In this document: piece by piece, positions 21,072 through 30,321 of the stretch | How the letters are laid out: each line of letters starts with the position of its first letter | Numbering within the stretch: position 1 is the stretch's first letter | Source of the DNA: Spirochaetia bacterium | GTDB lineage: Bacteria; Spirochaetota; Spirochaetia; DSM-16054; Sediminispirochaetaceae | Direction: 5' to 3' | DNA: 64,000 nt | NCBI GenBank assembly: GCA_034520965.1 | Contig: JAXHMY010000008.1 | Coordinates: 96,001 to 160,000, forward strand | Translations under genes and position numbers: made by a program | Notes under the pieces: generated by a model | Told to the model about the DNA's origin: nothing | Database searches by the model: none | Seen by the model: only the letters and a program-made list of their open reading frames with translations

Positions 21072-23033
21072 TTGAATAAATTTTTGCTTCACAGCAGTTC
21101 CATGGTGGTGCTCCTTTCTTTATTTTTGATGTCTATTCCCCAGTTCGTCTTTGGTTCCGACATCTCCTCCGGTCAAGATCTCGGACTTACCCATATTGCC
21201 CGGGCCGATAACGGGGGAATGTATGCCCTGTCGAGTAATAAGGGGGCCTTGTATTCAAAGGACCGCGGCCGTAAATGGCAGACTATCAATCAGGGATTGC
21301 CCCTTGAACAAGTGTGGCCCTTTGACCGGAGACATTACCGTCGGTTTACCTCCTTCAGTCTTGATAGTCAGGATACCCACCGGTTAGCAGCTACTACCAG
21401 TTCCGCCCTGTACACCAGCAGAGACGCCGGCCGTACTTGGGCGGAAGTGAGGCTTAGCTATCCGGTAAAATCCAGGGATTACCTCACTGCGGTGAGCTTT
21501 GATCCCGATCAACCCCGGCGGATATACCTCGGCACTTCCTTTAACGGACTGTTCGTTAGTGAAGATGAAGGCCGCAACTGGAGAAAAGAGTCCGAGTACT
21601 TGGATAAGCTCTATCGGGGAGCCGGCTTTTATGAGGAAATTACCGATCTTACGATGGTTCCCGGCCTGGAAAAGCAGCTTTTTATTGCTTCCAGCTTTGA
21701 TAATCTCATTTACCGGTATCATACCGAGACCCACGAGATTTCTGTTATTGAACTCCCGGAGCAGGTGAAAGGATTGCTGTCCATTAATAATTACAGGGGG
21801 GGAATTACAGACGACCCGTCTCTGGAGGTGCATTCTGAAGGCAGCCGGGGGGTGTATAACTTACAGAGCAGACAGTGGAGTTTTCGACCGCCCCTGCTGC
21901 GGTCACAAAATCGTGGAAACAGCGATCCAAGGGACAACGAGATCGAAGCTGCACAAGAAGAAATCCGTGCAATATATCTGAATGCCTATAATGTGACCGG
22001 AACGCGGCTGGAGGACCATATCTCTTTTATGAAAGAGCATGGGTTTAACGGTATCGTGGTGGATGTAAAAGATGATTGGGGCCGTTTGACCTACGGCTCG
22101 GAGCTTAAGCGCCCTGCAGAAATCGGCGCAGTTCATACGGTTTTTGATATTGAAGAACTGCTGAAGAAAGCCCATGACGAGGGCTTGTATATTATCGGTC
22201 GGATGGTTGTGTTTAAGGATAAGCGCCTGTATCAAGCTGATAACTACGCCCAGGCTCTGTGGGATGTAGAAAAGGATGCGCCCTGGGGGCACATGGTTTC
22301 TGAAACATATGAACAGGAGGGGAAACAGAAAAGCCGCTTTGTGCAGCGGGAGTTCTGGACCGACCCCTTTAGCGAGGCTGTGTGGGATTACAACCTAGAA
22401 ATTGCGGAAGAACTCGAAGCCATGGGAATAGATGAAATACAGTTCGATTACATTCGATTTCCTTCCGACGGTGACCTCTCGACAGTCCGTTATCGGCACC
22501 GTAAACCGGGCATGCAGAAGACTGAAGCCATCGAGTCGTTTGCGAAAAAGGCAGCAGCTAAACTCTCAGTTCCAATTTCCGCAGATCTGTATGGGTTCAA
22601 TTCATGGTATCGGATGGGAAATTGGATCGGACAGGACATCGCTATGCTGGCCGAATATGTCGATGTGATTTGCCCGATGTACTATCCCTCCCATTTTCCT
22701 CATCAGTTTCTTTCACAGGATAATTACATCGAGCGTGCCTTTGAACTGTACAAGAAGGGCACCCAACGGGCACAGCTGATTGTCGGGGCAGGTACCAGTA
22801 TCCGTCCCTATGTGCAGGCTTTTCTGATGGGCCATGAATTGTCGATGGAGGAAGCGGAATACCACAGCTATCTCAACCGTCAGTTAGAGGGCATACTCCA
22901 GGCTGAAGGAGGCGGCTACACCCTGTGGAATAATATGAACAAGTACTATATGGTAAACGGAAGGGTGTCGGAATTGAACCAGTGGATGTTGGAATTAGAA
23001 GAGGCGGGAGAGACGCCGAATCCGACACTATAA
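21072..23033 (+). CDS. secreted putative glycoside hydrolase (DUF4015-like TIM barrel) with N-terminal Asp-box propeller
   Basis: Signal peptide; S.D.G..W repeats (SKDRGRKW, SRDAGRTW, SEDEGRNW); VVDVKDDWG, RMVVFKD, DEIQFDYIRFP, PMYYPSH. Confidence 0.8.
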   Translation: MNKFLLHSSSMVVLLSLFLMSIPQFVFGSDISSGQDLGLTHIARADNGGMYALSSNKGALYSKDRGRKWQTINQGLPLEQVWPFDRRHYRRFTSFSLDSQDTHRLAATTSSALYTSRDAGRTWAEVRLSYPVKSRDYLTAVSFDPDQPRRIYLGTSFNGLFVSEDEGRNWRKESEYLDKLYRGAGFYEEITDLTMVPGLEKQLFIASSFDNLIYRYHTETHEISVIELPEQVKGLLSINNYRGGITDDPSLEVHSEGSRGVYNLQSRQWSFRPPLLRSQNRGNSDPRDNEIEAAQEEIRAIYLNAYNVTGTRLEDHISFMKEHGFNGIVVDVKDDWGRLTYGSELKRPAEIGAVHTVFDIEELLKKAHDEGLYIIGRMVVFKDKRLYQADNYAQALWDVEKDAPWGHMVSETYEQEGKQKSRFVQREFWTDPFSEAVWDYNLEIAEELEAMGIDEIQFDYIRFPSDGDLSTVRYRHRKPGMQKTEAIESFAKKAAAKLSVPISADLYGFNSWYRMGNWIGQDIAMLAEYVDVICPMYYPSHFPHQFLSQDNYIERAFELYKKGTQRAQLIVGAGTSIRPYVQAFLMGHELSMEEAEYHSYLNRQLEGILQAEGGGYTLWNNMNKYYMVNGRVSELNQWMLELEEAGETPNPTL

Positions 23034-23057
23034 CTACGTGAGGAGTCGCGCAGAGGT

Positions 23058-23864
23058 ATGGATTTATTCAGTGATGTATGGCTAGTAACGAATGTCCTGA
23101 GGCCGTTCTTAGATATCTCTATTCTGGCCTTTCTGTTCTACCAGATCTACAAGCTTATTGCTCAGACTCGTGCTATTCAGTTGATAAAAGGGGCTATGTT
23201 TCTTTTATTGATTTATGCGGTGGCCTTTTTCTTTCATCTGCAGACCCTGTTGTGGATTATAAACAGTTTAGCTACAGTGCTGGTGATTGTTATAGCGATT
23301 GTATTTCAGCCGGAACTGCGCGCAATGTTTACGCGTATCGGACGGGGGGAGCTGTTTCGCTTTGCCTCTCGGGCTAACGTGGAACATATTGAAACCGTTA
23401 TCAATGCCTTGGAAGTGCTGGCAGGCCGTAAAAGGGGTGCTTTGATTGTATTTCCCCGGCAGGTAGGTCTAAAAAACCTAATCGACAATGGAACCCGTCT
23501 GAATGCCGAGCTGTCATCGAGCCTGTTAATTACAATTTTTGGCTTTGACACTCCCCTCCACGACGGAGCGGTGGTAGTGCAATCGGGAAAGCTGGTTGCG
23601 GCCGCCTGTTTTTTACCTTTGAGTGAGCAGGTAGATATACGCCGCAGTTTTGGTACACGACACCGAGCGGCACTGGGAATGGCTGAAGAAACCGACTCGG
23701 TAATTTTGGTGTTGTCCGAGGAGACCGGAGCCTTGTCTTTGGCATACGATGCAAACCTCTATTATGATCTGTCCTCAAAAGAGGTGCGTCGGACACTGGG
23801 GAACCTGCTGGGAGTATCCGGGGAATCAGCGGAAGAGAGTGAGGATATTTCAGTTGCATCTTAA
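23058..23864 (+). CDS. cdaA: diadenylate cyclase CdaA
   Basis: Three N-terminal TM helices, FQPELR, TPLHDGA, GTRHRAALG, SEETG. Confidence 0.93.
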   Translation: MDLFSDVWLVTNVLRPFLDISILAFLFYQIYKLIAQTRAIQLIKGAMFLLLIYAVAFFFHLQTLLWIINSLATVLVIVIAIVFQPELRAMFTRIGRGELFRFASRANVEHIETVINALEVLAGRKRGALIVFPRQVGLKNLIDNGTRLNAELSSSLLITIFGFDTPLHDGAVVVQSGKLVAAACFLPLSEQVDIRRSFGTRHRAALGMAEETDSVILVLSEETGALSLAYDANLYYDLSSKEVRRTLGNLLGVSGESAEESEDISVAS

Positions 23865-24807
23865 TAAAATTTTTGAACGAATCACCCATAACTGGCCCAT
23901 AAAAATTCTCTCGATTACAGCGGCGGTACTGCTGTTTCTGTTTAATCAAATGGCCACACTTGAAGAGCGCTTTCTGAGCGTTCCCTTGGAAATTCGTACC
24001 AGCGAACAGTATATACCTGCAGAGAATTACCCGCACACAGTGCGAGTAACAATGCGGGGGCAGAGTGAGGACATAAACCTCGTGTTGGAAGATGATGTAA
24101 AAGTATATGCTGATTTTAGCGAATACAGCCGGGAGGGGCGGTACACTGTGCCTATCCGGGTAGTGAAAGAGGGCCGCTTGGCCCATATAGACCCCCTTGA
24201 ACTGCATGTAGAGCCCAAAAAAATAAGCTTAAAGATAGAAAAAAAACTATCTAAAAGTGTAGATATAGAACCGCGCTTAGTCGGATATCCAGCTAAGGGA
24301 TATGAACTTACCCAATATTTTCTCACCCCGTCATCAGTTGAGATAGAAGGGGTGGAGAGTACTGTAAAGGGCCTTGAATCTATAGAGACGGAACCCATCG
24401 ATCTGTCGGGAAGGAACGAAGATTTTACCGTGCGTTTACGATTGAAGAAGCCGGATCAGTTTACAGCATTTCCCGGGGGCGATACGGTGGAGTTTTTTGG
24501 TATAGTACAAGAGAAGACTATTCTTAAGACTGTTGAGGATATCGATTTAATAGCTCTGGATCTGGCCGGTGATTTAGCAGTTTCCGGAGTACCCGAAGAC
24601 GCCTGGATGACGGTACAGGGGAGTCAGTTACAGCTGGAGCAGGTGAATAATGAAGATTTTATGCTTACCTTTGACTGTTCCGATATTGAAGAGCCGGGTA
24701 CATACACTCTTTCGGTAACACCGGATGTGCCGCGGGGAGTGCTTGTGATGAAATACAGCCCCACCAGTGTAGAGATAGAAGTTTCCGAATTAGAGGAGCC
24801 GGAATGA
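23854..24807 (+). CDS. cdaR: CdaR/YbbR-like regulator of CdaA
   Basis: NWPIKILSI..AVLLF anchor and repeated P..V.V...G YbbR-type units; follows cdaA; start (TTG 23854) uncertain. Confidence 0.85.
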   Translation: MHLNKIFERITHNWPIKILSITAAVLLFLFNQMATLEERFLSVPLEIRTSEQYIPAENYPHTVRVTMRGQSEDINLVLEDDVKVYADFSEYSREGRYTVPIRVVKEGRLAHIDPLELHVEPKKISLKIEKKLSKSVDIEPRLVGYPAKGYELTQYFLTPSSVEIEGVESTVKGLESIETEPIDLSGRNEDFTVRLRLKKPDQFTAFPGGDTVEFFGIVQEKTILKTVEDIDLIALDLAGDLAVSGVPEDAWMTVQGSQLQLEQVNNEDFMLTFDCSDIEEPGTYTLSVTPDVPRGVLVMKYSPTSVEIEVSELEEPE

Positions 24808-25178
24808 TTTTAGGAATGGGTATAGATATAGTAAGCGTAGAGCGGATGCGTCACTGGTGGAAAAACGATAGGCTGCTGCGTCGGTTTTTTCATGACGATG
24901 AAATTGAGGCGGTGCACCATAGAAAAAGCGGCTCTATACTCTCTTTGGCAGCCCGTTTTGCTGCGAAAGAGGCCTTCGGCAAAGCTCTCGGAACCGGTAT
25001 GCGAGGTTTGGTTCTGCGGGATATTCAGGTAGTGAACTCTCATAATGGAAAACCGGATATTCAGCTGCACGGTACTGCCTTGGAGGCTTTCCATCGGCAT
25101 CGAGGCCATTCAATTCATCTTACCATGACCCATGAACACGATATGGCAGTAGCTTTAATAGTAATAGAGGGAGATTGA
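24804..25178 (+). CDS. acpS: holo-ACP synthase
   Basis: GMGIDIV, LAARFAAKEAFGKALGTG, GKP, THE. Confidence 0.93.
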   Translation: MILGMGIDIVSVERMRHWWKNDRLLRRFFHDDEIEAVHHRKSGSILSLAARFAAKEAFGKALGTGMRGLVLRDIQVVNSHNGKPDIQLHGTALEAFHRHRGHSIHLTMTHEHDMAVALIVIEGD

Positions 25179-25179
25179 G

Positions 25180-26028
25180 ATGAGTGTAAAAGCCGGCGAT
25201 TCTATTACCTTTTTTTCTAAAAATAGTATCACTTGTCCGGTGTGCAGCAGTGAGTTTTATAGGGAAGATTTGCGTACAGGACGCGGTCGCTTGATTGCAG
25301 GCTCGCTTACGGAGGAGCTGCGCCGGCTGTATGAACCTACCGAAAAATACGGTGAGGTGTATCCCCTGATCTACAGTATAACCGTCTGCCCGGAATGTCT
25401 CTATGCAGCTTTTCCACAGGATTTTGACGCTATCCCGCCGGCTACAGCCACCGCCTTGGATGAGTCCCGCGAGAGCCGCCGGAATAGTCTGTTGAAAATA
25501 TTTCCCGATTTGGATTTTACTCAACCCCGTGATTTGCCCTCAGGAATTGCCTCCTACCACTATGCAATGATGAGTATGGAATCCTTCCCCCCTGAGATGA
25601 GTCCCACTATCAAAAAAGGTCTGTGTTCCCTGCGGGCTGCATGGTTATGTAACGACCTTCACCGTAAGCAGCCCGGAGAACATTATGACTATCTTGGCCA
25701 GCTCTACTATCATAAGGCCTGGTTTTTTTACTTAGAAGCCCTTCGGTATGAAGAGGAGGGGAAGGAAGGCATCACGGATGCCGGTTTTCTCGGACCTGAT
25801 TTAGATCAGAATTACGGCTATGACGGAGTATTGTATATTTCCGCTTTGCTGGAGTTTAATTACGGAGCACAGGACAATGAGGAAACACGTCGGATGTCTC
25901 TGGAACGGGCTAAAACTACTGTAGGAAGGCTGTTTGGATTGGGTAAGGCCTCCAAAGATAAACCTTCGACATTGTTGGAACGGGCGCGCGACCTGCATGC
26001 GAGTATTAACAGTGAACTAAAAGGTTGA
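25180..26028 (+). CDS. DUF2225-like protein (N-terminal zinc ribbon, helical C-terminus)
   Basis: CPVC...P..Y.I.VCPECLYAA and LRAAW motifs. Confidence 0.75.
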   Translation: MSVKAGDSITFFSKNSITCPVCSSEFYREDLRTGRGRLIAGSLTEELRRLYEPTEKYGEVYPLIYSITVCPECLYAAFPQDFDAIPPATATALDESRESRRNSLLKIFPDLDFTQPRDLPSGIASYHYAMMSMESFPPEMSPTIKKGLCSLRAAWLCNDLHRKQPGEHYDYLGQLYYHKAWFFYLEALRYEEEGKEGITDAGFLGPDLDQNYGYDGVLYISALLEFNYGAQDNEETRRMSLERAKTTVGRLFGLGKASKDKPSTLLERARDLHASINSELKG

Positions 26029-26038
26029 TTGAGAGTAT

Positions 26039-26806
26039 TTGGCAATGGCGGCTCGAATAAAAGTGACAATTGCGTATGATGGTACGCGTTATGCCGGGTG
26101 GCAGATTCAGCCTAAAGACCCGACGATTCAGGCGGAAGTAGAGCGAGCTGCTGCTGCGGTGCTGAATCAAAAAGTAGCGGTAGTTGCCTCTGGGCGGACC
26201 GACTCAGGAGTGCATGCCCGCGGTCAGGTGTGTCACTTCGATTCTCCTAACGAGCGTATGCCACCGGAAAAGTACTCCCTGGCGCTGAACCGCCACCTTC
26301 CGCAGGATATACGGGTTCTTGAAAGCCGCCTGGTTGCGAATGATTTTCATGCCAGGTATAGTGCCGTTGCGCGGGAGTACCGCTACTATCTGCTTCAATC
26401 ACGCATTGCCGAGCCCTTTGACCGTCCGTACTGTTATTCCCATTCCCAGCTTCCACCGGTAGCACTGCTGGACGCATATGCCGCCTGTCTGGTTGGGGTG
26501 CATGACTTTACCACTTTTTCTGCAATCGGTGACGAAAGCCTTTCTAAAGTAAGAAAAGTCCACTCGGCTTCGGTTTTTATGCAGAAGGGAGCAGTGGTGT
26601 TTCGGATTGTTGGAAATGCCTTTTTATGGCGGATGGTACGGTCCTTGGTAGGAACAATGCTGGAGTTGGGACGAGCCGGGGAAGATCCCCAATGCATGGC
26701 ACGGCTGATCCATCGGCAGGAGCGAACCGCAGCCGGGGCGACCGCCCCGCCGCAGGGTCTATTTTTACATAAGGTGAGTTATGGAACATCCGACAGAAGA
26801 AGATAA
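26039..26806 (+). CDS. truA: tRNA pseudouridine(38-40) synthase
   Basis: YDGT.YAGWQ, SGRTDSGVHA, FHARYSA, HDFTTF, FLWRMVR. Confidence 0.95.
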   Translation: MAMAARIKVTIAYDGTRYAGWQIQPKDPTIQAEVERAAAAVLNQKVAVVASGRTDSGVHARGQVCHFDSPNERMPPEKYSLALNRHLPQDIRVLESRLVANDFHARYSAVAREYRYYLLQSRIAEPFDRPYCYSHSQLPPVALLDAYAACLVGVHDFTTFSAIGDESLSKVRKVHSASVFMQKGAVVFRIVGNAFLWRMVRSLVGTMLELGRAGEDPQCMARLIHRQERTAAGATAPPQGLFLHKVSYGTSDRRR

Positions 26807-27593
26807 ACTTAAAATTTATTGGCACATATTGCGCTCTGCCGAGGCGTATTTGCAGGGCGGGTGGCCCGTAGATACCTCCGACCCGCCCCAGAAGCTGTAT
26901 CCACCGGGTACCCGAAGTGTCGACCAGGGTTTCGATCAATTGCGCTCACACTTCAGTGGGGATTCCCGGTATCGGGAGGAAACCCAAGGCCGGTCCCAGG
27001 GCAGTGCCGACTCCCAAAGCCCCGCTTTTGATACCCTCGATCAGATTTCCGCTGAAATTCGGACGTGTCAGAAATGCCGTCTCGCGGGAAATCGGATTAA
27101 TGCCGTGCCCGGAGACGGGGCTCCCAATCCAAAACTTATGATTATCGGCGAGGCTCCCGGTGCGCAGGAGGATGCAAGTGGTCATGCCTTTGTTGGACGT
27201 GCCGGGCAGTATCTTGATAAATGGCTACAGGCTATAAATTTAGACCGAGCCCGGGATGTGTTTATCGGAAACATTATAAAATGCCGGCCCCCCGATAATC
27301 GTGACCCCCTGCCGGATGAAACTGCAGCATGTATGCCTTATTTGCACCGACAGTTGGATATTATACAGCCGAGGGCAATTTTAACTCTTGGAAGAATATC
27401 TACCCATATTCTAACCGGCACAAGCGATGGAATTGGCAAGCTCCATGGCCGAACTTATCATTTCAGGGGTGTTCCGCTTATTCCCACTTATCACCCCAGC
27501 GCGGTGTTGCGGAACCCGGTCTACCGCAAACCCGTATGGGATGATCTGCAGAAGCTGCAGCGACTCATCGAACAGCAGGAAGCGGGGGCCTAA
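26781..27593 (+). CDS. uracil-DNA glycosylase family 4
   Basis: C..C.L, IGEAPG..ED, FVGRAG, KCRPPDNR, TYHPSAVLR. Confidence 0.9.
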   Translation: MEHPTEEDKLKIYWHILRSAEAYLQGGWPVDTSDPPQKLYPPGTRSVDQGFDQLRSHFSGDSRYREETQGRSQGSADSQSPAFDTLDQISAEIRTCQKCRLAGNRINAVPGDGAPNPKLMIIGEAPGAQEDASGHAFVGRAGQYLDKWLQAINLDRARDVFIGNIIKCRPPDNRDPLPDETAACMPYLHRQLDIIQPRAILTLGRISTHILTGTSDGIGKLHGRTYHFRGVPLIPTYHPSAVLRNPVYRKPVWDDLQKLQRLIEQQEAGA

Positions 27594-27596
27594 AGG

Positions 27597-29624
27597 GTGA
27601 CGTCTGAAGAGTCAAACGCAGCAGCACCGGATGAGTTTCTTCAGGTGGTGTTCAACATACCCGTGGAAGGCCCTTTTACCTATCGCCGGCCCGAACCAAA
27701 AGAGAAAACGGGTACTAAAAAATCGCGAAAAGAACCCGCTCTGGTACGAAGGGGAATGCGGGTAGAGGCACCCTTTCGGGGGCGCCTGATGACCGGTTTT
27801 GTTGTGGATACTTCTACAGAGCGCCCCGAGGGAGATTTCAAAATACTGCCGGTAAAGCGAGCCCTTGATACGGAGGTTCTGTTCGGAGACACTCAAATTG
27901 ACTTAGCCCGGTGGATCTCCCGCATGTATTTCTGCTCCCTGGGAGAGTCTCTTTCGGTTATAATTCCCGGAGGCAAACGGGAGAGCAGTGCCGAGTTTAT
28001 CCCCGCCGAAGAAGATTCCTTTCATATACCCGCACAGCTCTCCCCAGCCCAGGAGCAGGCCTTGGAACGGATTGCGGCGGGAACAGAGCGGATGTATTAC
28101 CTGTACGGGGTCACCGGGTCCGGTAAAACCGAGGTTTTTTTACAGCTTGCCAAACATACTATTGAGGCCGGCGGAGCTGTCATTTATTTGGTGCCGGAAA
28201 TTGCCCTTACTCACCAGCTTATTCAACAGGTGCAGTCGCGCTTTGAAGGTGCCGCCGCGGTCTGGCATTCAAAGCTTACCCCCTCGCAAAAACTGAAAGA
28301 GTGGCGCCGCATGCAGGCGGGGGAAGTACGTTTTGTGATAGGTGCGAGGAGCGCAGTGTTCAGTCCGATGGATAACATAGGATTGATAATCGTAGATGAG
28401 GAGCACGAGAGCTCTTATAAATCGGGCCAAACTCCCCGCTACCACGCACGGCAGGTGGCCATGAAGCGCTGCATACTCGCAGAGGCAAAGCTGGTGATGG
28501 GCAGTGCAACTCCAAGCCTGGAAGCTTATGAGCTTATGAACCGCGGCCAAATAGTTAAACTGGAGTTGCCCGACAGAGTATCCGGGGGACAGATGCCGGT
28601 GGTCGAGTCAGTTTCGATGCAGGGGCAGAAGCGGGCTATCTCCGACCGCTTAACCGAGGAAATTCACAAGACCGCCGCGATGGGAAAGCAGACTATCCTG
28701 TTTCTCAACCGTCGCGGATTCAGTTACTTTTTTCACTGCCGGAGCTGCGGATACGAGATGAAATGCAGTCACTGTTCGGTGAATCTTACCTATCATAAGG
28801 GCAAGCACAGAATGATCTGCCACTATTGCGGCTACAGCCGCAGGCCGGTGGATGTGTGTCCGGAGTGCGGCTCGCTGGATATAGGATACTCGGGTTTTGG
28901 AACGGAAAAAATCGAGGAAGACATCCGCCAGTTGTTCCCGCAGCTGAGGATTGCCCGGGTTGATACCGATTCAACCCGTAAGAAGGGGAGTCTGCAGGCA
29001 ATTTTAAAAGATTTTAAGGCCGGTGAATACGATCTGCTTTTAGGGACCCAGATGGTTGCGAAGGGACTGAACTTTCCTAAAGTGCGGCTGGTTGGAATTG
29101 TACTGGCCGATAGTGCACTGAATCTTCCCGATTTTCGCGCCGGTGAACGGACTTTTAACTTAATAGTACAGGTCTCCGGCAGGGCCGGCAGGTTTATGGA
29201 AGAGGGGAAGGTGCTGGTTCAAACCTATAAGCCCCAGGTCTCGGCCATTAAAAAGGCGGTTGAACATGATGTTGCCCGCTTCTACGAGGAGGAGCTTGAA
29301 ATCCGCCGTCAGCTGATGTTTCCACCCTTCTACCGACTGTTTCGGATAGTGGTGAGGGGGCGTGATAAGGGCCGTGTACTTTCGGTAATTGAACATATCG
29401 AAGCTCAATTAGCACCGGTGGAACAGGTAGATTCCACCACCGAAGTGCTGGGCCCCTCTCCCTGCCCAATTGAAGTAATTGCCGGAAACCATCGTGAGCA
29501 ACTGCTTATTCGCAGCCAAAATTTTGCAAAAGTCCACTCTTTCCTCTACCAGTGGCATCTCAGCTTTGAAAGGCCGAGGGCTGTCCATGTCGAAATTGAT
29601 GTAGACCCGGTGAGCCTGCTATAA
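27597..29624 (+). CDS. priA: primosomal protein N' (PriA helicase)
   Basis: GVTGSGKTE, LVPEIALT, DEEHE, SATPS, four CxxC motifs, GTQMVAKGLNF, QVSGRAGR. Confidence 0.95.
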   Translation: MTSEESNAAAPDEFLQVVFNIPVEGPFTYRRPEPKEKTGTKKSRKEPALVRRGMRVEAPFRGRLMTGFVVDTSTERPEGDFKILPVKRALDTEVLFGDTQIDLARWISRMYFCSLGESLSVIIPGGKRESSAEFIPAEEDSFHIPAQLSPAQEQALERIAAGTERMYYLYGVTGSGKTEVFLQLAKHTIEAGGAVIYLVPEIALTHQLIQQVQSRFEGAAAVWHSKLTPSQKLKEWRRMQAGEVRFVIGARSAVFSPMDNIGLIIVDEEHESSYKSGQTPRYHARQVAMKRCILAEAKLVMGSATPSLEAYELMNRGQIVKLELPDRVSGGQMPVVESVSMQGQKRAISDRLTEEIHKTAAMGKQTILFLNRRGFSYFFHCRSCGYEMKCSHCSVNLTYHKGKHRMICHYCGYSRRPVDVCPECGSLDIGYSGFGTEKIEEDIRQLFPQLRIARVDTDSTRKKGSLQAILKDFKAGEYDLLLGTQMVAKGLNFPKVRLVGIVLADSALNLPDFRAGERTFNLIVQVSGRAGRFMEEGKVLVQTYKPQVSAIKKAVEHDVARFYEEELEIRRQLMFPPFYRLFRIVVRGRDKGRVLSVIEHIEAQLAPVEQVDSTTEVLGPSPCPIEVIAGNHREQLLIRSQNFAKVHSFLYQWHLSFERPRAVHVEIDVDPVSLL

Positions 29625-29631
29625 GTGAACC

Positions 29632-29773
29632 CAGCAATTCGCAATTTGAAATTTTTTGGAAAAATTTCAAATTGCGAATGCTTACATTTTGTTTAAGATA
29701 AGTAGTTTATCTTAAAGATGTTGTGGGTATTCTCATTTTGGAAGTCTTATGACTTCCAAAATGAGAATTCCTG
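29632..29773. mobile_element. MITE-like non-autonomous element (142 bp)
   Basis: Exact 9-bp flanking direct repeat AAGTGAACC (29623-29631, 29774-29782); imperfect terminal inverted repeats CAGCAATTCGCAATTTGAAA vs CAGGAATTCTCATTTTGGAA (16/20); three internal palindromes. Confidence 0.75.
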
Positions 29774-29790
29774 AAGTGAACCGGCTATAA

Positions 29791-29819
29791 TTGACGGCAA
29801 GGGTTCTTTTTAGTACTAT
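29791..29819 (+). promoter_or_regulatory. promoter for def (probably leaderless)
   Basis: TTGACG-N17-TACTAT, then 6 nt to ATG 29826; no SD. Confidence 0.6.
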
Positions 29820-29825
29820 TAAACC

Positions 29826-30314
29826 ATGTTAGATATAGTAACTCTAGGCGATGATGTTCTAAGGGAACAGGTCGATGAAATAAAAGATGTAGACGGTGAA
29901 ATTGCCGACTTAGCGCAAAATATGATATCAGCGATGTACCACGGCGACGGTGTGGGCTTAGCCGCACCACAGGTAGGATTGCTGAAGAGCATGTTCGTAT
30001 GTCACGTAAACGGTGATCAGCCGCGGGTGTTCATAAATCCCCAGATTATCGGGACCAGTCAAGAACTTTTTCCGTATGAGGAAGGTTGTCTGAGTATTCC
30101 CGGAATGTACGGCGATGTAATTCGCCCGGCTATGGTCACTGTACAAGCCGTCAACGAGCAGGGCAAACCCTTTAAACTGGATGCAGAGGGCCTGTTGGCC
30201 AGAGTAGTTCAACATGAAATTGACCACCTAAAGGGTGTTCTGTTTATTGACCATCTAGACGAAAAGCAGCGTGAGCGCTTGCTCAAAGCGTATAGCAAGA
30301 AAATGCGGAAATAG
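29826..30314 (+). CDS. def: peptide deformylase
   Basis: GVGLAAPQ, EEGCLS, QHEIDHL. Confidence 0.96.
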   Translation: MLDIVTLGDDVLREQVDEIKDVDGEIADLAQNMISAMYHGDGVGLAAPQVGLLKSMFVCHVNGDQPRVFINPQIIGTSQELFPYEEGCLSIPGMYGDVIRPAMVTVQAVNEQGKPFKLDAEGLLARVVQHEIDHLKGVLFIDHLDEKQRERLLKAYSKKMRK

Positions 30315-30321
30315 CCGGAAC

